A DNA stretch of 26,787 nucleotides from a virus (taxonomy: Duplodnaviria; Caudoviricetes). Below, in pieces: positions 15,366 to 23,418 of the stretch (its first letter is position 1; each line of letters begins with the position of its first letter). The position numbers and the translations under genes were made by a program. Under the pieces are notes generated by a model. The model worked only from the letters and a program-made list of their open reading frames with translations. It made no database searches and was not told the origin of the DNA. Location: IMG/VR virus record IMGVR_UViG_3300045978_000411, positions 1 to 26,787 of that record. The stretch is one strand, 5' to 3'.

Positions 15366-15999
15366 GCAGTTGGTAATGGCAGGGCAGTTCTGGTGTCCCG
15401 AGCCTGATCGGCAGATGGTTGAGAAGCTCGGTAATCGGGACGATGTCACCATTAAGGAGGCGATGAACTACGTCACTCACAGGGAAACAGCGGTGGATGT
15501 GGGAGCCTACATCGGCGATTGGACCCGACCGCTGTGCTTCCTGTTCGACCAGGTGTACGCGTTCGAGCCGGATCCGATCCTGGTCCATTGCCTGTATCGT
15601 AACCTGGAGATGCACACAAACGTGGCCGTGTTTCCGGCGGCTCTGGGGGAGGAGACTCGACGAGCCGGCTTTACCCATCTATCAGGAGGTCGGTCGCACA
15701 TCGGGGGAGCGAACGGGATCGCCCTTATTATCCCGCTCGATGCACTATATCTGGAGAGCGCTGGACTGCTGAAGTTCGACTGCGAAGGGTACGAGTTGTT
15801 TGCCGTGCGTGGCGCGATCGACACTATTCGGACCTTCAAGCCGGTCGTGATCTTGGAGGAGAACGACTGTGCTAGGCGGTACGGACTAAATCCGGCGCAG
15901 GCGCGGAAGCTGTTGGAGAGTGAAGGAATGGAGGTGGTGTTTCGGTATGAGTATCTTCCTGAGAACTGGGATGTGGTGATGGCATGGCCGAAGACATAG
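15358..15999 (+). CDS. FkbM-family SAM-dependent methyltransferase
   Basis: VDVGAYIG, YAFEP, ALG and LKFDCEGYE...GA motifs. Confidence 0.92.
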   Translation: MREQLVMAGQFWCPEPDRQMVEKLGNRDDVTIKEAMNYVTHRETAVDVGAYIGDWTRPLCFLFDQVYAFEPDPILVHCLYRNLEMHTNVAVFPAALGEETRRAGFTHLSGGRSHIGGANGIALIIPLDALYLESAGLLKFDCEGYELFAVRGAIDTIRTFKPVVILEENDCARRYGLNPAQARKLLESEGMEVVFRYEYLPENWDVVMAWPKT

Positions 16000-16274
16000 A
16001 AGACCAGGTCCGTACGGACATCGCTACCTATGAGGAGCTGCAGCAGCATCCTGGCTATCGGATGCTCTTGGCAACCTGGAAGGTCAGGGAGCATGCGTTG
16101 AAGAGGCAGATCGTAGAGCAAGTGATTCGCTCACAGGATCAAGCCTTTGATGTGTGTTCGCTGCAGGGGAACCTCGCTGGCTTCCAGTGGGCGATGAGCA
16201 CGGTCGAGTCGCTCCTCGCTGGACTGAGTCAGGATCTCGAGATGATGGTTGAGCAGAGGAAGATGGAGGAATAG
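15984..16274 (+). CDS. small head-module protein preceding the scaffold
   Basis: Helical 96-aa protein (HPGY...W...QG) in a position typical of podoviral head modules. Confidence 0.7.
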   Translation: MAEDIEDQVRTDIATYEELQQHPGYRMLLATWKVREHALKRQIVEQVIRSQDQAFDVCSLQGNLAGFQWAMSTVESLLAGLSQDLEMMVEQRKMEE

Positions 16275-17072
16275 ATGGCGACTGATATGCCGGACGTAGC
16301 GGCGCCGACGGCAGCAGCTCCGGAGCCGGCCGAGACTGAAGCGTTCGACCTTTCCTTCCTGGAAGAAGGAGACGAGGACGTTGCCCAAACTCCTACGGAG
16401 ACCCCGGCGGAAGTGCCGGCGGAAGTGCCTCCAGAAGAAGAGGTGAAAGAGGAGGAAGCTCCAAAGAAGGAGCCGGAGAAGAAGGAGGAGGAGAAGCCGA
16501 AGGAAGAGCTGACGCCAGATCAGAGGGCGGAACAGCTGCGCCTCCAGAAGGAAGCGTTCATTGCCGAGCTCTCGATGAACTACGAGCAGGCGGTGACGCC
16601 GGAGGAGAAGGAGACTATCGGGGAGGACACAGCCAAGGTGATGGCTCGTATGGCGGCAAAGCTTCATGCCGAGGTATACGAGTCGAGCATCAGGGCATTG
16701 TTTACTCAGCTCCCAGTTGCGGTGCTCGCGTTCGAGGCACAGCGCAGTCAACACACTTCAGCTGAAAGTCAATTTGACGAGCGCTGGCCCGAGCTCAAAG
16801 ACCGCAAGGAGGCAGTGGGACGCATCGCGAAGGTCTACAGGCAGACCAATCCGAGCGCGACCACGGAGCAAGCTATCGCCGACATCGGGGCGATCTCGAT
16901 GCAGACGTTAGGCCTCAGCACGACAGGTACTGCGAAACCGAACGGACACGCGAAGGTCCAGAAGAAGGCGGCTCCACCTGCGCCCGCGGGTGTAGGGAAG
17001 ACAGCGCCGTCTGCTCCGAAGGAGAAGAACGTGTTCGAGGAACTTTTACTGTGGGAAGAAGGAGACTCGTAA
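16275..17072 (+). CDS. capsid scaffolding protein
   Basis: Acidic, Pro/Glu-rich N-terminus, helical core, basic Pro-rich C-terminus; immediately before the capsid gene. Confidence 0.8.
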   Translation: MATDMPDVAAPTAAAPEPAETEAFDLSFLEEGDEDVAQTPTETPAEVPAEVPPEEEVKEEEAPKKEPEKKEEEKPKEELTPDQRAEQLRLQKEAFIAELSMNYEQAVTPEEKETIGEDTAKVMARMAAKLHAEVYESSIRALFTQLPVAVLAFEAQRSQHTSAESQFDERWPELKDRKEAVGRIAKVYRQTNPSATTEQAIADIGAISMQTLGLSTTGTAKPNGHAKVQKKAAPPAPAGVGKTAPSAPKEKNVFEELLLWEEGDS

Positions 17073-18275
17073 ATGACAGCCTTCGCAGGCCTCCGTGGCA
17101 CCGGTAGCTTTGCTACCGACGAGAGGCCGAAGAACTTCAGAGAGCTGATCCTATGGGCCAGCCCGAACGGACAGGCGCCACTGACGGCGCTCATGGCCAA
17201 GGCGAAGAAACAGACGACGGATGATCCGGAGTTCGCCTGGTTCCAAGAGCGGTTGAACCAGGTCCGGATCACGACCTCAGCGGATCTATCCGCGAGCTCG
17301 ACCGCGGTGACCACTGCGGCAGGCGCACTCGACCTGGTGGTGGGTGATGTGCTCCTGATGGAGAAGACGGAAGTCTCGGCCTACAACAATGAACTGGCTC
17401 AGGTCGCATCGGTCACCAGCGATACCGCGTTCACCATCACCCGAGGTGTTGCGAACACCACTGCGGCAGGCCTGGCGTCGGGCGGCTTCATGACGAAGAT
17501 CGGCAATGCGTTCCAGGAAGGTACGCAGTCGCCGAACATCTCGCAGAGAAACCCGACCAAGGTCCGGAACTACACGCAGATCTTCAAGACCACCTGCGGT
17601 ATCACCGGCACCGCCGACCACACGAGGACCAGGACCGGCGACGCCTATATGAACGACAAGAGGCGCAAGGCGTTTGACCACTCGGTCGGGATGGAGTGGG
17701 CCTGGTTCTGGGGAGTTCCGTACGAGGACCTCACCGGCACGCAGCCGAAACGGTTCACCGGCGGGCTCAGAAGCTTCATCACCACCAACGTCTCGATCTT
17801 CACCACAACGCCGACCGAGGACAACTTCATCGACTTCGTCAACGGCCTGGTGACCCATAACGGGTCAGGGACGCCGGGGAACTCGACGGGAGATGAGCGG
17901 CTGGTCTTCTGCGGCAACAGCGCGTGGACGGCGTTAAATAAGCTGGCGAGGAACTCTGCCTCGACCAGGATCAACTACGACGGCGTCATCGACATCTACG
18001 GGATGAGGCTGACGAAGTGGATCACGCCGACCTGCACGCTGGCAGTGAAGACGCATCCACTCTTCAACACCCATGCCCGGTTCAGCAAGTCGATGTTCTT
18101 CCTCGACATGTCCACGATCGTCTACCGGCCGCTCGCCGGACGCGATACGACGTTCAAGGACAACATCCAGGAGAACGACGCCGACACTCGGAAGGGCATG
18201 TGGCAATCCGAGGCAGGGCTGGAGGTGGAGCACGAATACCTGAACGGGTACATCGGGAACTTTAGCGTTCCTTGA
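17073..18275 (+). CDS. major capsid protein (SU10-MCP/DUF5309-like)
   Basis: 400 aa; AAGGAG RBS; NYTQIFK, E.A.FWG, R.TGGL..FI and EAGLE motifs; highly biased codons. Confidence 0.9.
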   Translation: MTAFAGLRGTGSFATDERPKNFRELILWASPNGQAPLTALMAKAKKQTTDDPEFAWFQERLNQVRITTSADLSASSTAVTTAAGALDLVVGDVLLMEKTEVSAYNNELAQVASVTSDTAFTITRGVANTTAAGLASGGFMTKIGNAFQEGTQSPNISQRNPTKVRNYTQIFKTTCGITGTADHTRTRTGDAYMNDKRRKAFDHSVGMEWAWFWGVPYEDLTGTQPKRFTGGLRSFITTNVSIFTTTPTEDNFIDFVNGLVTHNGSGTPGNSTGDERLVFCGNSAWTALNKLARNSASTRINYDGVIDIYGMRLTKWITPTCTLAVKTHPLFNTHARFSKSMFFLDMSTIVYRPLAGRDTTFKDNIQENDADTRKGMWQSEAGLEVEHEYLNGYIGNFSVP

Positions 18276-18318
18276 TGTGAGCTGAGAGGGGAAAGAAGAT
18301 GGAGGAGCGGTCGGGTGC

Positions 18319-18354
18319 AATGCGTGGTTCGACGCAACCCAATAACCACGTATT
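18319..18354 (+). repeat. 36-bp element family B, copy 3
   Basis: AATGCGTGG-TTCGACgcaacccaataa-CCACGTATT, extended by GCGGTCGGGT/ACCCGACCGC. Confidence 0.85.
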
Positions 18355-19093
18355 CCGACCCGACCGCCTCTTCGTCGGCATCTGCTCCAATGGCATGTGG
18401 GAGAGCTCCTTCGGGCTAAGCCTAGCCTTCCTGCTTGCCAGGTTGACGGTGCTGGTAGCGGGGAAGAGGCTCAGCAACTGGAGTCTCGACCACATGCAGG
18501 GGAGTATCCTTCCTAATCTGCGAGAGAGTTTGTTGAAGAAGGCGGAGAACTGGGATGCTACCCATGTGTTATTCCTGGACACGGACCAGGTATTCCCAGC
18601 AGACATCTACGAGCAGCTCCGACAATGGAACAAGCCGTTCGTCGCCTGCGGAGTTGCAACGAAGTCAGTACCAGCTGCGTGTACAGCCAAGCTGGCTCCT
18701 GCCGTGTCCTGGAACCCGACCACGGAGACTGAACCGCTCAGAAAGGTGTGGAGGGTCGGATGCGGAGTGGCATTGCTGCGCCTCGCCGACTTCCGCAATA
18801 TCATTAAGCCCAGGTTCCTCATGCGGTGGCGGGGAGAGACAGAGGAGTATCAGGGCGAGGATTGGGGCCTCTGTGACCGGATGGATCAGGCGGGCATTCC
18901 GATCTATGTGGATACGAAGGCCTCGTGGCAGGTAGAGCATACAGGAAGGTTCCACTACAACCTCCATATGCTTGCAGTACAGGAGGAGATGAGAAGTGCC
19001 GAGCAAGAGCGCGAAACAGGCTCGAACGATGAGGGCGGCCGCACACGATCCGAGCTTCGCGAAGAAGCTGCACATTCCGCAGTCGGTGGCTAA
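18320..19093 (+). CDS. GT-A fold (GT2-like) glycosyltransferase
   Basis: R..L, THVLFLDTD (DxD), G.G..L and GEDWGLC...G..IYVD...H motifs; start 18320 or 18299. Confidence 0.85.
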   Translation: MRGSTQPNNHVFRPDRLFVGICSNGMWESSFGLSLAFLLARLTVLVAGKRLSNWSLDHMQGSILPNLRESLLKKAENWDATHVLFLDTDQVFPADIYEQLRQWNKPFVACGVATKSVPAACTAKLAPAVSWNPTTETEPLRKVWRVGCGVALLRLADFRNIIKPRFLMRWRGETEEYQGEDWGLCDRMDQAGIPIYVDTKASWQVEHTGRFHYNLHMLAVQEEMRSAEQERETGSNDEGGRTRSELREEAAHSAVGG

Positions 19094-19160
19094 GGAGTTC
19101 GTGTCGGCCGATAAGCGGAAGAAGTCGGAGAAACAGCGAAGGTCGCGCAAGGACTACTAG
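18996..19160 (+). CDS. small basic phage protein (54 aa)
   Basis: Manual translation MPSKSAKQARTMRAAAHDPSFAKKLHIPQSVAKEFVSADKRKK...; AGGAGGAG RBS; pattern recalled from many phage head modules. Confidence 0.8.
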   Translation: MPSKSAKQARTMRAAAHDPSFAKKLHIPQSVAKEFVSADKRKKSEKQRRSRKDY

Positions 19161-19161
19161 A

Positions 19162-20013
19162 ATGCCGATCGAAAGCGCCAGTAAGATCGAGGACCTGAAC
19201 GTCCTGAACCCGCTGGTGAACGATCCGCGGAGCGAGGGAGACGATCATCTCCGGCTGATCAAGTCGGTGTTGCATACACTCCTGCCAGCGGTCCCAGGCG
19301 CGAGTGGTCCGAAGGTCTCGCAGATCTCGAGCGGGACAGCGACGGTGACATCGGCTGCGTTGATGCTCTCCTCGGAGACGCCATCGACGGCAGATGTTCT
19401 GGATAACCTGTCGCTAACAGGGGTGAACGATGGCGCGGTGGTGACGCTGAGGGCGAACTCACCGGCAGCGGAACCAATTACAGTATCAACGGTGGGGAAC
19501 CTGGAACTGCAGGGTAGCGGTGTTGTGCTATTGGATACAGCGTTCAAGTGGATTACATTCCAGAGGCTCGGTGCGACTTGGTTCGAAGTGGGTAGGTTTC
19601 CGCGGTTGCTTACGATTGAAGAATACGATCTGATGCATCCTATACGCTCCTGTTTGTTCTTCTCCACGAGCCATGATCCGAACGATGATGTTCCAGATCA
19701 TCTTATTTCTCAGGTAACGTGGTCTCTCTTGGGAGATAACGACAGGTATCTGCGGATCAACTCCAATGCAGGTGATGTGTTCGATACTGGTGGAAATGCC
19801 TCGGTTCCCGTACCGCAGCATCATCACACGAATGGAAGCCTGGAAATTACGCTGAATGCCGAGAGTACAGGTGCTGCTGGTGGTGGTTTCACAAGGGCTG
19901 AGGTAAAGACCTACAACGTTGAGGGAGAAACCGGGAACATCGTAGGAACTGTTCCGCAAATTCCAATTACCCCGAAGTTCCGAGACTTCCGCGTCTGGCA
20001 GAGGACTGCGTAA
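19162..20013 (+). CDS. tail fibre/baseplate-type structural protein
   Basis: N-terminal I.DL...NP...D..SEGDDHLRLIK fibre anchor; C-terminal P..S...DP..W..TGG..H.H..WQRTA domain. Confidence 0.75.
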   Translation: MPIESASKIEDLNVLNPLVNDPRSEGDDHLRLIKSVLHTLLPAVPGASGPKVSQISSGTATVTSAALMLSSETPSTADVLDNLSLTGVNDGAVVTLRANSPAAEPITVSTVGNLELQGSGVVLLDTAFKWITFQRLGATWFEVGRFPRLLTIEEYDLMHPIRSCLFFSTSHDPNDDVPDHLISQVTWSLLGDNDRYLRINSNAGDVFDTGGNASVPVPQHHHTNGSLEITLNAESTGAAGGGFTRAEVKTYNVEGETGNIVGTVPQIPITPKFRDFRVWQRTA

Positions 20014-22223
20014 TGTCTGGCTCTGATATCGACCCGACAGTTGTCACGCTCGGCGTGCCGATACGGAAGTCGCTGCTCCGTGAGCAGATCGAGATCATCA
20101 AGCAGGCTATTCAGGATCTCGAGGCAGGAGGTACGGGTGGTGGAGGAGTTACAGACCACGGGCTGCTGGCAGGGCTCGGGGACGATGATCATACGCAGTA
20201 CTTTACCAGTCCGAGGGCCGACGACTGGTTCCTGACAAAGACAGTTCCACTATCGCAGATCAGCCCGGCGACCACTGAGAGGAAGCTGATCGGGCGATCG
20301 GTCGGAGTAGGAGCAGGTATCTGGACAGAGATCAACGAGGTTGAGCTTCGCACCATCATTGGCCTGGCCTCTGCATCGGCGAGAGGGTTGGTGCCGGAGA
20401 CAGGAGGCTCGACAGGAAGGTTCCTCCGAGACGATTTGACCTGGACCACAGGCGCCGGTGGTGGCGGCTCGGGAGATATGCTCAAGTCTGTCTATGATCC
20501 TGGAAACATCAACGGGAGTGCCTTCGCACTGTCGCTGCATACGGGAGATGCAGGAGATCTGGTGGCGGTGCCAGGGAGCGGACTGGCAGGGACAACGATT
20601 GAGGCACAGCTATTCGAGCTGAGCATTAATCAGTCAGGTGATGGGAGGACCATCCGAGAGGGAACTGATTTCGGCATGGGTTCGAGCTCGAGCCCGACGG
20701 ATCTGGTCTGGGGAACTCCCTCTGGCAACGACGTCACGGTTACGAGCGCAGGTAATCAGCTTCCGGTCCTGATCGCAGGACAGCATGTCGAGGTGGATCA
20801 TCCCACGGCAGCCAATGATGGAGTTTATCTTGTTGTAACGTCGACTGTCGGTACGCTCAGTCTGACCAAGATCACGGGAAGTGCGCCGGTTTCAGCGGTA
20901 GCTGCGACGGTGGCGCTGACCTGGTACTATCCCATCGACCCGGCGGATGCCAGAGATCGGTGGCTCGAGGTGCTGGGATCGGTGGCGAACAGCGATCAGC
21001 TAACGGCCTCGATGATCATTCGACCAGATCCGAGAGTATCGCTGTGGGGGACCAGGCTCGGCGATGCGGCGAGAGGGTATGTTGAGAAGGGAGATGACAG
21101 CGCCTTCAGTGTGACCCTGGGTGGATTGGGCACAGCAGGTACAGTGACGAGGACGCTGAGCTCGCCAGGCGATAATCTGCATTGGGCTCGGATCACCTCC
21201 GATGCCACCTACAAGTTCGTTGTCGAGACGCATATTCCGCCGGCCGACCTCAGGACGAAATTCTTCTCCGGTGCAGGTGCAACGACACCGGCAGCGACCA
21301 ACAAAGGGGTAGTGCTGAGCACGACAGGTGCGTTCCTCGGGATCGCGCCGCTGGAGGATTTGATCCTTGCCCTCTCTGTCTCGACGGGGAAGATTGCAGA
21401 TCTAGCAGTAACGGCGGCGAAGATCGCAACGGGGGTGATTGCCGAGACCCATCTCGCTGCGGGGGTCAGCCGGAGGTTCTACGAGCCAGTTGATGGCCGA
21501 GCCGCGAATGGAAATATCACCAACCTCACCAATGCTCATTCTGGCAAGTCGATTAGAATTGACCAGGACACCACTCTCGATGCAGCGTTCGGGGCAGGTT
21601 TAACCTCGCCTGATCAGGCCTTCGTGGAGGTCTGGAATGACAGCGCCGCATCGAAGACCCTCACTCGAGGTGGTACAGGGACGATCAACGGAGCCACCTC
21701 TGTAACGATTGCGGCGGGTGGTACGATCATTGTGAACTGCCTCAGCAATGCAGGAACGTCTGCTGTCTGCATTGCCCGAGGCGACTTCACGTCCGTAGAT
21801 ATGACGAATAGGAACCTGCTGAACATCGGTGCGGGTTCCACGTTCCAGACTCCCTCGGCGACGCTGGCAGCGTTGGGTGGTGTGCCGCTCGCTGGTGGGA
21901 CGATGACGGGTGCGTTGCTCGGCGGCGGCTTTGCCATGTCGGGCTTCACCTATGGTTCGGAGTCGGTCAGCGGCACCTTGAATCAATCCCACGTTGGAAA
22001 GCGGCTCACGACTACAGGTACAGTCACCATTCCTACCAACGTAACTGGCTGGTGGGCGAAGTTTATCCTCGGAGCCGTCACCCATGACTTCACCTTCAAT
22101 TCCATAACTAAAGACTCGAGCACTCTCGGTTGGGGTGTGGGAGATCATTTCCTGTTCGAGGTAACCAGCGCTACGACTGCCCAAATGACGCGTACTCCTG
22201 CTGCGAACGTCGTGTCCTTCTAG
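20013..22223 (+). CDS. long fibre/virion structural protein
   Basis: Gly/Thr/Ala-rich; DHG.L.GL.DDDHTQY, GDMLKSVYDP, KIADLAVTAAKI and PLAGGTMTG fibre motifs. Confidence 0.8.
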   Translation: MSGSDIDPTVVTLGVPIRKSLLREQIEIIKQAIQDLEAGGTGGGGVTDHGLLAGLGDDDHTQYFTSPRADDWFLTKTVPLSQISPATTERKLIGRSVGVGAGIWTEINEVELRTIIGLASASARGLVPETGGSTGRFLRDDLTWTTGAGGGGSGDMLKSVYDPGNINGSAFALSLHTGDAGDLVAVPGSGLAGTTIEAQLFELSINQSGDGRTIREGTDFGMGSSSSPTDLVWGTPSGNDVTVTSAGNQLPVLIAGQHVEVDHPTAANDGVYLVVTSTVGTLSLTKITGSAPVSAVAATVALTWYYPIDPADARDRWLEVLGSVANSDQLTASMIIRPDPRVSLWGTRLGDAARGYVEKGDDSAFSVTLGGLGTAGTVTRTLSSPGDNLHWARITSDATYKFVVETHIPPADLRTKFFSGAGATTPAATNKGVVLSTTGAFLGIAPLEDLILALSVSTGKIADLAVTAAKIATGVIAETHLAAGVSRRFYEPVDGRAANGNITNLTNAHSGKSIRIDQDTTLDAAFGAGLTSPDQAFVEVWNDSAASKTLTRGGTGTINGATSVTIAAGGTIIVNCLSNAGTSAVCIARGDFTSVDMTNRNLLNIGAGSTFQTPSATLAALGGVPLAGGTMTGALLGGGFAMSGFTYGSESVSGTLNQSHVGKRLTTTGTVTIPTNVTGWWAKFILGAVTHDFTFNSITKDSSTLGWGVGDHFLFEVTSATTAQMTRTPAANVVSF

Positions 22224-22237
22224 GGGAGACACTGACT

Positions 22238-22681
22238 ATGCCTATCTCTGCAAATGATCGGTCGAAGATCCTGCGGAACAGCAGGGAGCCTGTCGATCGG
22301 ATGCCCTACACTAACCCGTTCACGACGGGGAATGCTCTGCTGGATAGCTCCCTCGCAGATGTCCAGAACGCCTTCGTCTTCGGACGGCGGGTGGGAGCCT
22401 TGCTCAGCGATATTGCGACCGAGATCGCCGAGGCGGGAGCAGCGAAGATTACGGCTGGACAGGAGTTGGTACCAGGGAAGGAAGTGGACCAGTTCCTTTG
22501 GGCCAGAGATTATCAGGCAGGTGACTCAGAGCTGGCGATGAAGAAGATCATCGACCACTTTGGAGAGACGGTGGCAGATGCTGCTGCCATGTATGCCAGG
22601 ACTGATGTTGAGATCCGCGCCGCATTGGTCGAGTTCGTTGTGCCTGCGCTTGCTGCTGCGGTAGCCAATAAGCGTCGCTGA
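22238..22681 (+). CDS. hypothetical protein (147 aa, possible fibre chaperone)
   Basis: ATG 22238 after GGGGAG; lies between fibre genes. Confidence 0.7.
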   Translation: MPISANDRSKILRNSREPVDRMPYTNPFTTGNALLDSSLADVQNAFVFGRRVGALLSDIATEIAEAGAAKITAGQELVPGKEVDQFLWARDYQAGDSELAMKKIIDHFGETVADAAAMYARTDVEIRAALVEFVVPALAAAVANKRR

Positions 22682-23418
22682 TGTTCTACTACGGCGCAAA
22701 TACCATCGCACCAGCGTCCGCATTCGAGGCGCGGTTTGCCGACCATGACGGCACGAATGATTGGACTGCTCGTGGTGCGGATCTGAGCGGCTCTGCTGAC
22801 GGTAACGATTGGGCGTTCTCAGTATGGTTCAAGGCTGCTACGCTTGGAGCGAACCGTACCATATTTACAAACAGTCTAACAAGCTTTGCGTTCACATGGG
22901 ATAATACCGATCTCCGAATGGAGCTGATTATTGAAGATACTGCTGGTACGCAGAGAGTACGCATGTATTGCCTGGACAGCATGGCGACTGGTGTTCCGCA
23001 TCATTTCTGTGCCTTCGGTGATGGCACGCTCAGGAATGCTTACATTGATGATGTCGCAGCGACGGTAAATCTGTACGGAAGTAATACGCTTGACTTCACG
23101 ACCCCCAACTGGAGTATCGGCGCGCAGCCGACAGGTGCTGTGAAATGGGTCGGCGGGATCGGTGAGCTATGGTTCGGGGTTGGCTCGGCGTTTGCTCTCG
23201 ACTTCGACACGACGAGCAATCGAAGAAAGTTCATCACCGCAGGTGGATTGCCAGTGGACCTCGGCGAGAATGGTGAGATCCCGACGGGATCCTCGCCGCT
23301 CTCGTACCACAGCTTCCGTACCGGTGGCTCACCGAACGACTTCGCAACGGAGAGAGGAACCTCAGGCACCTGGACCCTAAATGGTGCTCTAGCTGATGGG
23401 GGAGCTATATCGCTATGA
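22681..23418 (+). CDS. LamG/concanavalin A-like lectin-domain virion protein
   Basis: FSVWFK, HH.C, AYIDD, IGA and G.IGEL motifs. Confidence 0.8.
   Translation: MFYYGANTIAPASAFEARFADHDGTNDWTARGADLSGSADGNDWAFSVWFKAATLGANRTIFTNSLTSFAFTWDNTDLRMELIIEDTAGTQRVRMYCLDSMATGVPHHFCAFGDGTLRNAYIDDVAATVNLYGSNTLDFTTPNWSIGAQPTGAVKWVGGIGELWFGVGSAFALDFDTTSNRRKFITAGGLPVDLGENGEIPTGSSPLSYHSFRTGGSPNDFATERGTSGTWTLNGALADGGAISL

Noticed and set aside
18250-18300. Programmed frameshift or readthrough extension of the capsid protein
   Set aside because: No slippery heptamer is evident before the TGA stop
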